From Desulfonatronum sp. SC1 (GTDB lineage Bacteria > Desulfobacterota > Desulfovibrionia > Desulfovibrionales > Desulfonatronaceae): DNA of 32,000 nucleotides. The stretch lies in NCBI RefSeq assembly GCF_003046795.1, contig NZ_PZKN01000009.1, positions 69,980-101,979 on the forward strand, given 5' to 3'. The notes beneath the pieces are model-generated. The model made no database searches. It had not been told where the DNA came from and worked only from the letters and a program-made list of their open reading frames with translations. The position numbers were made by a program, and so were the translations under genes. Shown here one piece after another: positions 1 through 9,375 of this stretch (the stretch's first letter is position 1; every line of letters begins with the position of its first letter).

Positions 1-2689
<2,689 letters not shown>

Positions 2690-2690
2690 G

Positions 2691-2745
2691 AGTGACTAAG
2701 CGAGTGACCAACTCCGCCGAGCCTGGTCACCCGTGAAGTGACCAA
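2691..2745. promoter_or_regulatory. Cluster of GTGACYA motifs in the only real intergenic gap of the operon, including a perfect inverted repeat TGGTCAC-N7-GTGACCA (2724-2744)
   Basis: AGTGACTAA lies at 2691-2699, AGTGACCAA at 2703-2711 and AGTGACCAA at 2737-2745. The inverted copy TGGTCAC lies at 2724-2730. All fall in the 85-nt brxC-pglXI spacer. Confidence 0.35.
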
Positions 2746-2774
2746 GCTGAGAAACAAGACACCAGCCAAGGATT

Positions 2775-5597
2775 ATGAAGATGAAAGTAAACAGTTTGTT
2801 CGATTCGCTGCTAGAAGAGCCGCAGAAGCCCTCCGGCCCGGTGACGTGTCTCGGCATGACCTTTGAGAACGACGAGGCCCGCCGCGCCCACTTTACCGAG
2901 GAACTGCGCAAGAAGCTGCAGGACCCGGAGTTCCGCAAGATCGAAGGCTTTCCCATCGGCAGCGACGAGGACATCCTGAATCTAAGTGATCCGCCGTATT
3001 ACACCGCCTGCCCGAACCCGTGGATTGCTGACTTCATTGCCGAGTGGGAGGCGCAGAAGCCGGAACAGCCTGAAGGCTACCACTATCACCGTGAACCATT
3101 TGCGGCCGACGTGAGCGAGGGGAAAAACGACCCAATTTACAACGCGCACTCCTACCACACCAAGGTGCCGCACAAGGCCATCATGCGCTACATCCTCCAT
3201 TACACGCAGCCGGGAGATATCGTGTTCGACGGGTTCTGTGGGACCGGCATGACCGGTGTAGCGGCGCAGATGTGTGGTGACCGCGAAGTGGTCATGTCTC
3301 TTGGCTACCAGGTTAAGCCGGACGAGACCATTTTGCAGGAAGAGATCGATGAAGATGGCAAAAAGGTTTGGCGGCCGTTTTCAAAACTGGGCTCTCGTAG
3401 GGCTGTGCTGAACGACCTTTCGCCAGCGGCCACATTTATCGCCTACAACTACAATACGCCAGTCGATGTAGCAACATTTGATAAAGAGGTCAAACGCATT
3501 CTCAAGGAAGTCGAAAAAGAATGCGGCTGGATGTATGAGACCAAGCACTCGGATAATCGTATAGGAAATGTCAATTATACCATTTGGTCTGATGTGTTCT
3601 TGTGCGGTGAATGTTCGCAAGAGATTGTCCTTTGGGATGCTGCTGTTGACAAGGATTCTGGCGAGGTTTCATCAGAGTTTTTGTGTCCAGGATGCGGAGC
3701 TAGTTGGACCAAGAGGACAGCCGAACGAGCTTTCACAACGACTTTTGATCAATCATTGAATGAAACTATAAAGCAAGCCAAAAAGATTCCAGTCCTTATT
3801 AATTATTCGGTGTCAGGGAAAAGCTACACCAAGACTCCCGATGAATACGACTTCGGGCTTCTTAATAAAATTGATAGTAGTAATATCCCGACTTGGTTCC
3901 CTGTTGACCGATTGATGGATGGGAAGGAGACCCGTAGAAACGATCCTATTGGAATAACGCATTCCCATCATTTTTATACTAAGAGAAATTTATGGGTGTT
4001 TAGCTCATTTCTCTCCAAAACTATGGGCTCATTTTGGAAGAATCATTTCTGGGGCGCAGCCAAAGACTGCCAGTCTTATGCAACCAGAATGATCAAAATC
4101 AATATTAAGCGGCTATTATTCGGCGGCGGGCAGTTTATGGGATTCGTAGGTGGCACTCTATACGTGCCTAGCCTTCACGGAGAACAAAGCACGCTTAAAT
4201 CAATAGCGACAAAAACAAAAAAGGTTTCTTCTAATTACAGGAACCGAATGGACCAGTCTGGTGTAATGATAGGCTCGAGTTCGCTGAGTTCATCTGATAC
4301 CCAACCAGAAGAATCAATCGATTACATTTTTCTCGATCCTCCATTTGGCTCAAACATCAATTACTCTGAACTGAATTTTCTATGGGAGTCCTGGCTTAAG
4401 ATCTGGACAAATATTGAGCCAGAAGCCATTGAGAACGATGCTCATAGCAAAACGCTCGATGATTATCGCCATTTGATGACGAAATGCTTTCGAGAGGCTT
4501 ATCGTGTCCTGAAGCCTGGCCGTTGGATGACGATAGAGTTTTCAAATACAAACGCAGCGGTTTGGAACAGCATCCAGACTTCGCTTACCGAGGCCGGATT
4601 CATTGTTGCCAACGTATCCGCTCTTGACAAGAAGCAGGGAAGTTTCAAAGCCTACACTACCCCTACGGCAGTCAAACAAGACCTCGTCATCTCGGCATAC
4701 AAGCCCAATGGCGGTTTTGAAGAGCGTTTCCAAAAGGAAGCGCAAACTGAAGAAGGCGTGTGGGATTTTGTCCGAACCCACCTAAAGTATCTGCCAGTCA
4801 CCAAGCGCCAAGGCGCGTTGATGCTTTTTGTTCCTGAACGTGATCCGCGCATCCTGTTCGACCAGATGATCGCATTCTATGTCCGCAAGGGTTACCCCGT
4901 GCCGATCTCTAGCCAGGAATTTCAGATCGGGCTGGCACAACGTTTCATAGAGCGCGACGGCATGTACTTCCTACCGGACCAGGTGGCCGAATACGACCGC
5001 AAGATAATGACCTCCGGTGCCCCACAGCAGCTTTCGATGTTCGTCTCCGACGAGGCCTCGTCGATCCAGTGGCTCCGCCAGCTCATCAGAGAAAAACCGC
5101 AGACGTTCTCCGGCATCAATCCGCAGTTCATGCAGCAGCTCGGCGGCTGGAGCAAAAACGAGGCACAGCTCGACCTGCGCGAACTGCTGAACCAGAACTT
5201 CCTCTGCTACGACGGCAAAGGCCCGGTGCCCGAGCAGATCCACGCCTACCTCTCCACCAACTGGAAAGAGCTGCGTAACCTGCCCAAGGATAATCCGACC
5301 CTGGTCGCCAAGGCACGCGACCGCTGGTACGTGCCTGATCCCAACAAGGCGGGCGACCTGGAGAAGCTGCGCGAGAAGGCACTACTCAAGGAGTTCGAGG
5401 AATACAAAGAGGTCAAAAAGAAACTCAAGGTCTTCCGCCTGGAGGCTGTCCGCGCCGGATTCAAGAAAGCCTGGCAGGAGCGCGACTACGCCGTCATCGT
5501 CGCCGTGGCCTACAAGATTCCCAACAACGTTCTTGAAGAAGACCCCAAGCTGCTCATGTGGTACGACCAGGCAGTAACCAGAATGGGAGGCGAATAA
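2775..5597 (+). CDS. pglXI: BREX-associated DNA methyltransferase of the N4/N6 (PF01555-like) type, PglXI-like, 940 aa
   Basis: SAM-binding motif I is VFDGFCGTGMTG (aa 150-161). Catalytic motif IV is IFLDPPFGSNINY (DPPF = aa 521-524, nt 4335-4346). There is also an N-terminal SDPPYYTACPNPW box. A CGEC...CPGC zinc ribbon (aa 277-307) sits between motifs I and IV. Context is brxC upstream with helicase and pglZ downstream. Confidence 0.8.
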   Translation: MKMKVNSLFDSLLEEPQKPSGPVTCLGMTFENDEARRAHFTEELRKKLQDPEFRKIEGFPIGSDEDILNLSDPPYYTACPNPWIADFIAEWEAQKPEQPEGYHYHREPFAADVSEGKNDPIYNAHSYHTKVPHKAIMRYILHYTQPGDIVFDGFCGTGMTGVAAQMCGDREVVMSLGYQVKPDETILQEEIDEDGKKVWRPFSKLGSRRAVLNDLSPAATFIAYNYNTPVDVATFDKEVKRILKEVEKECGWMYETKHSDNRIGNVNYTIWSDVFLCGECSQEIVLWDAAVDKDSGEVSSEFLCPGCGASWTKRTAERAFTTTFDQSLNETIKQAKKIPVLINYSVSGKSYTKTPDEYDFGLLNKIDSSNIPTWFPVDRLMDGKETRRNDPIGITHSHHFYTKRNLWVFSSFLSKTMGSFWKNHFWGAAKDCQSYATRMIKINIKRLLFGGGQFMGFVGGTLYVPSLHGEQSTLKSIATKTKKVSSNYRNRMDQSGVMIGSSSLSSSDTQPEESIDYIFLDPPFGSNINYSELNFLWESWLKIWTNIEPEAIENDAHSKTLDDYRHLMTKCFREAYRVLKPGRWMTIEFSNTNAAVWNSIQTSLTEAGFIVANVSALDKKQGSFKAYTTPTAVKQDLVISAYKPNGGFEERFQKEAQTEEGVWDFVRTHLKYLPVTKRQGALMLFVPERDPRILFDQMIAFYVRKGYPVPISSQEFQIGLAQRFIERDGMYFLPDQVAEYDRKIMTSGAPQQLSMFVSDEASSIQWLRQLIREKPQTFSGINPQFMQQLGGWSKNEAQLDLRELLNQNFLCYDGKGPVPEQIHAYLSTNWKELRNLPKDNPTLVAKARDRWYVPDPNKAGDLEKLREKALLKEFEEYKEVKKKLKVFRLEAVRAGFKKAWQERDYAVIVAVAYKIPNNVLEEDPKLLMWYDQAVTRMGGE

Positions 5598-8245
5598 TGG
5601 CAGCATGTAATGAAAAATTTCCTCAGGGTAGCCGTTGGGTGCGTGCCGATTTTCATCTTCACACTGCGGCCGACAAGGAATTCTCCTTTGCGGGGAACCC
5701 CGACTTTTATTGCTCGGATTACATCCATGCGTTGAAGGATGCCGCCATTGAAGTCGGTCTGATTGCAAATCACAACAAGTTCGACTTTGATGAATTCAAG
5801 GCGTTACGAAAGTCCGCTCGAAAACAAGGCATTTTTCTTTTGCCTGGTGTCGAACTGTCCGTTAATGACGGAAGTAACGGCATTCACACTCTCGTCGTTT
5901 TCGGTGAAGAATGGTTGGCGAATGGGAAAAATTATATCAATCAATTTCTCAACGTTGCGTTCGAGGGGAAAATACCAGATCAATACGAAAATGAAAATGG
6001 TAGAAGTTCATTGGGCTTGCTAGAGACCATCAAAAAACTCGAAGGATATAACAAAGATTTTTTCCTGGTGTTTGCGCATGTCGAAGATAAAAGCGGATTA
6101 TGGAACGAATTGGACGGAGGCCGCCTGCAGGAATTAGGGAAATCAGATCTCTTTTGCCGGAGAGCCTTGGCATTTCAAAAAGTTCGAACCCATGTTATGC
6201 CAGACCGTAAATGCCGTGTAAAAGTTCAAGATTGGCTCTGTGAGACTTATCCTGCGGAAGTGGAAGGATCAGACCCCAAGTCAATTGATCAAATTGGAAA
6301 AGGGGAGAAGTGCTACCTGAAAATAGGCGATTTTACATTTGAGGCAGTCAAGTACGCACTTCTGGATCATAACCACCGCCTTGCATGCCAACCACTAATT
6401 TATAAACATTCACACATTCAAAGTGTCTCCTTTGATGGAGGCGTACTTGATGGAAAGACTATCAACCTTTCTCCTGAGTTAAATACACTCATTGGTATTC
6501 GGGGTAGTGGAAAATCTTCCATTGTGGAAGCGATCCGCTATGCCCTGGATATTCCGTTTGGCGAAAAAGCACTGGATACCGATTATAAGACCCGCCTCGT
6601 TGAACACGCCTTGGGAAGCGGAGGAAAAATTACGCTCAAGGCATTTGATCAGCGAGGGCAGCAATACGAAATCAGGCGTATCAGCCGGGAAAAGCCAGAT
6701 GTTTATGTTAAGGGCATTCTCCAACCGGGCATATCAATTCGGGAAACTGTTTTGCATAAACCCATTTATTTTGGACAGAAAGATCTCTCTTCGACAGGGG
6801 AAGGCTTTGAAAAAGATTTAGTAGAAAAACTGGTTGGCGAAAAGCTGGCTGGCATTCGTGCTCGCCTTTCTGACCAGAGCCAAAAGGTTACGGAGATTGT
6901 CAGTCGATTAAAGAAGCTTTCCAATGTTGAAGAGAAAAAGGCAGAATACAAAAGTAAAAAGCAGGACGCTGAATTCAGGCTTGAATTCTACAAAAAATAC
7001 GGAGTTGAGGAGAGGCTTCAAAAGCAGGTAGATTTTGATGCGGATTCGAGGAAATGCACTCAAGTGCTTACTTTCGTTCAAGGCTATCTGCGCGATCTGG
7101 AATCATTCATCAATCAATATGAGGATGATTTAAACAACCAGCGAATTTATACTTCAAAACAGAACAAAGATTTTTTTGATACCTTTTTTGCAGACTACGA
7201 TCAGCTCATTGACTCTTTTAATCGCACTAAGGATGCCCTTGCTTCTGGAAATCAAGTGCTAGCCGCACTTCGGACGAAATCAGAGGAATTCAGTAAGCTC
7301 AAGGAAGGGCTTAAGGAGGAATTTGCAGAAATCGAAAGAAAGCTGGCCGAACAATTGAAAGAGGCTGGAGTACAGGCCATTCGTCCGGAAGAATTCCGAA
7401 ACCTTAGGAAGACGGTGGATCAGGCCACGCAAATGCTGCAGGCTTTAGAAAAAGAAGAGGCAGTTCGCGGAAGTTTAAGAGGAGATTTTTTAAAGGATCT
7501 AGCTGCATTAAATGATCTTTGGCACGAAGAGTTTAAGACTATAAAGGGCGAATTGGATAAGGTCAACGAAGGTCATTCATCTCTGGCGATCGCTGCTGAG
7601 TTCAAAGGTGACAAAGTAGCCTTTATTAATTTTATGAAGGAAATTTTTCGTGGCAGCCGAATCCGGGAATCTACATTTCAGAATCTTTCCGATAGCTATG
7701 CCGACTTTGGAGCCATGTATAAGGATTGGAACTCTGTCAAAAGGGAGGTTGGAAACTCGGCAGATGTTTTTGGGCAATACTTCAGTAATAATCTTGAAGC
7801 GCTTCTGACTTTTCAAGTCCCCAATCGTTTCACTATCAAATATAGGGGCAAAGAACTGAAACACCATTCCTTGGGCCAGCGGGCATCTGCGTTGATCCTC
7901 TTTGTGCTAAGTCAACAGGAAAATGACGTTTTCCTTATTGATCAGCCAGAAGATGATTTGGATAATCAGACAATTTATGAAGATGTTATCAAGCTAATTC
8001 AAAGTTTAAAGCCGAAAACCCAGTTTGTCTTCGCTACTCATAACGCCAATTTTCCTGTGCTTGGTGATGCAGAGCAAGTTATCGCTTGCTCATATTCCGA
8101 TGATAAAATCCATGCTGTAAGTGGAAGCATCGACTGTCCAAAACTTCAACAGGAAATTGTTGACATTATGGAGGGCGGTGAAGAGGCATTCAGGCAGCGC
8201 AAAAGGAGATATGAAATATGGAAACCGCTGAGCTCCTTGAAATAA
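5597..8245 (+). CDS. Fusion protein: N-terminal PHP-family phosphoesterase domain + SMC/RecF/ABC-like ATPase with a long coiled coil (882 aa from ATG 5597)
   Basis: PHP-type metal-ligand pattern: RADFHLHT (HLH at nt 5654-5662), IANHN, PGVELS, IHTLVVF, VFAHVED. Walker A is LIGIRGSGKSSIVEAI (nt ~6494-6517). About 300 aa of E/K/L-rich coiled coil follow. The ABC signature-like motif is HSLGQRA, Walker B is VFLIDQPEDDLD (nt ~7931-7963), and the H-loop is FATHNAN. I prefer ATG 5597 over the track's 5558: GGGAGG lies 6 nt upstream, and it overlaps the pglXI stop as TAATG. Confidence 0.8.
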   Translation: MAACNEKFPQGSRWVRADFHLHTAADKEFSFAGNPDFYCSDYIHALKDAAIEVGLIANHNKFDFDEFKALRKSARKQGIFLLPGVELSVNDGSNGIHTLVVFGEEWLANGKNYINQFLNVAFEGKIPDQYENENGRSSLGLLETIKKLEGYNKDFFLVFAHVEDKSGLWNELDGGRLQELGKSDLFCRRALAFQKVRTHVMPDRKCRVKVQDWLCETYPAEVEGSDPKSIDQIGKGEKCYLKIGDFTFEAVKYALLDHNHRLACQPLIYKHSHIQSVSFDGGVLDGKTINLSPELNTLIGIRGSGKSSIVEAIRYALDIPFGEKALDTDYKTRLVEHALGSGGKITLKAFDQRGQQYEIRRISREKPDVYVKGILQPGISIRETVLHKPIYFGQKDLSSTGEGFEKDLVEKLVGEKLAGIRARLSDQSQKVTEIVSRLKKLSNVEEKKAEYKSKKQDAEFRLEFYKKYGVEERLQKQVDFDADSRKCTQVLTFVQGYLRDLESFINQYEDDLNNQRIYTSKQNKDFFDTFFADYDQLIDSFNRTKDALASGNQVLAALRTKSEEFSKLKEGLKEEFAEIERKLAEQLKEAGVQAIRPEEFRNLRKTVDQATQMLQALEKEEAVRGSLRGDFLKDLAALNDLWHEEFKTIKGELDKVNEGHSSLAIAAEFKGDKVAFINFMKEIFRGSRIRESTFQNLSDSYADFGAMYKDWNSVKREVGNSADVFGQYFSNNLEALLTFQVPNRFTIKYRGKELKHHSLGQRASALILFVLSQQENDVFLIDQPEDDLDNQTIYEDVIKLIQSLKPKTQFVFATHNANFPVLGDAEQVIACSYSDDKIHAVSGSIDCPKLQQEIVDIMEGGEEAFRQRKRRYEIWKPLSSLK

Positions 8246-9375
8246 TAAGTCGTGACGAGGACAGCAAGCATCAGTTTAAGGCCAACATTACGAATGAAAC
8301 GTCTTTGGCACAGGAGATGGTTGCCTTCAGTAACTCCGGAGGTGGTTCAATTTTCATCGGTGTGAGCAATGATGGCACATTCTCTGGATTGGAACGGAGC
8401 GACATGGGGCGACTTAACCAGTTGGTCTCAAATGCGGCATCGCAGCAAGTTAGGCCACCGATAAATCCATTGACGGAAAACATCCCTACTCCCAGCGGGC
8501 TTGTTATGCATGTGATTGTTCCGGATGGCATCAGCAAGCCCTATATGGATAAAAATGGAGTGATCTGGGTAAAGAGCGGGTCTGACAAGCGTAAAGCAAC
8601 GTCTCGGGAGGAAATTCAGCGGCTATATCAGAGTGCCAGCTTAATTCATGGTGATGAGATCCCTGTTGCGGGGCTGACAGTTGCCGACCTTGATGTTGAT
8701 TACTTCAGGGAGTTTTTCGAAAGAAATTTTAGAGAATCGCTCGAACAGCAGGAGCTGGCATTGCCGGAACTTCTCCACAATATGAATTTGATGAAAGACA
8801 GTTCTCTAAATATCGCCGGCGCACTGCTATTTGCAAAAAATCCAAGCTTCAAGTTGCCGGCATTTATCGTTAAAGCTATTGCTTTCCGGGGCAATGAAAT
8901 CCATGAGACGGAATATATGGATAGCCGAGATATTTCAGGAAAGTTGCCCGATATATTTCGACAAAGCATGAGTTTTGTGCTTGCCAACATTCATCATGTC
9001 CAAGGCGATCAAGATGTGAACGCTCCAGGTCAGCCCGAAATCCCGCCAATCGCGCTTGAAGAACTCATCGCCAATGCTCTCATTCACCGGGATTATTTTG
9101 TAACCGCACCTGTAAGAATTTTTATTTTTGACAACCGAGTAGAGATAATTAGCCCTGGGCACCTGCCCAATAACTTAACGATTGAAAATATAACAAGTGG
9201 AAACTCGAATATTCGGAACCCCATCCTAGCTTCCTTTGCGACAAAAATTCTGCCTTACCGAGGCCTAGGAAGCGGCATCATCCGTGCTTTAAAGGCCTAT
9301 CCTCATATTCATTTTGAAGATGATCGGGACGGGAATCTCTTCAAAGTGACTATTCAGCGAACAGCGAATGACTGA
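8218..9375 (+). CDS. AlbA_2 (PF04326, Schlafen-fold 'divergent AAA') + HATPase_c_4-like domain protein, COG2865-type, 385 aa
   Basis: The N-terminus reads ESKHQFKANI...LAQEMVAFSNSGGGSIFIGVSNDGTFSGL, typical of AlbA_2. The C-terminus reads LEELIANALIHRDYFVTAPVRIFIFDNRVEIISPGHLPNNLTIENI..GNSNIRNPILASF...RGLGSGIIRA, typical of the RecG-C-like/HATPase_c_4 module. A GGAG SD lies 9 nt upstream of ATG 8218. The start overlaps the preceding gene by 28 nt. Confidence 0.75.
   Translation: METAELLEIISRDEDSKHQFKANITNETSLAQEMVAFSNSGGGSIFIGVSNDGTFSGLERSDMGRLNQLVSNAASQQVRPPINPLTENIPTPSGLVMHVIVPDGISKPYMDKNGVIWVKSGSDKRKATSREEIQRLYQSASLIHGDEIPVAGLTVADLDVDYFREFFERNFRESLEQQELALPELLHNMNLMKDSSLNIAGALLFAKNPSFKLPAFIVKAIAFRGNEIHETEYMDSRDISGKLPDIFRQSMSFVLANIHHVQGDQDVNAPGQPEIPPIALEELIANALIHRDYFVTAPVRIFIFDNRVEIISPGHLPNNLTIENITSGNSNIRNPILASFATKILPYRGLGSGIIRALKAYPHIHFEDDRDGNLFKVTIQRTAND

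Noticed and set aside
5558-5596. The track's upstream start (MVRPGSNQNGRRI...) for the PHP-ATPase gene.
   Set aside because: These 13 codons lie inside the pglXI 3' end. ATG 5597 has a GGGAGG SD at the correct spacing and a TAATG stop/start overlap, so the shorter form is preferred.
8218-9375. Calling the AlbA_2/HATPase_c_4 protein a RecG-type helicase or a transcription factor.
   Set aside because: There are no helicase motifs, and the C-terminal wHTH usual in COG2865 proteins is not evident. Only the domain-level description is supported.
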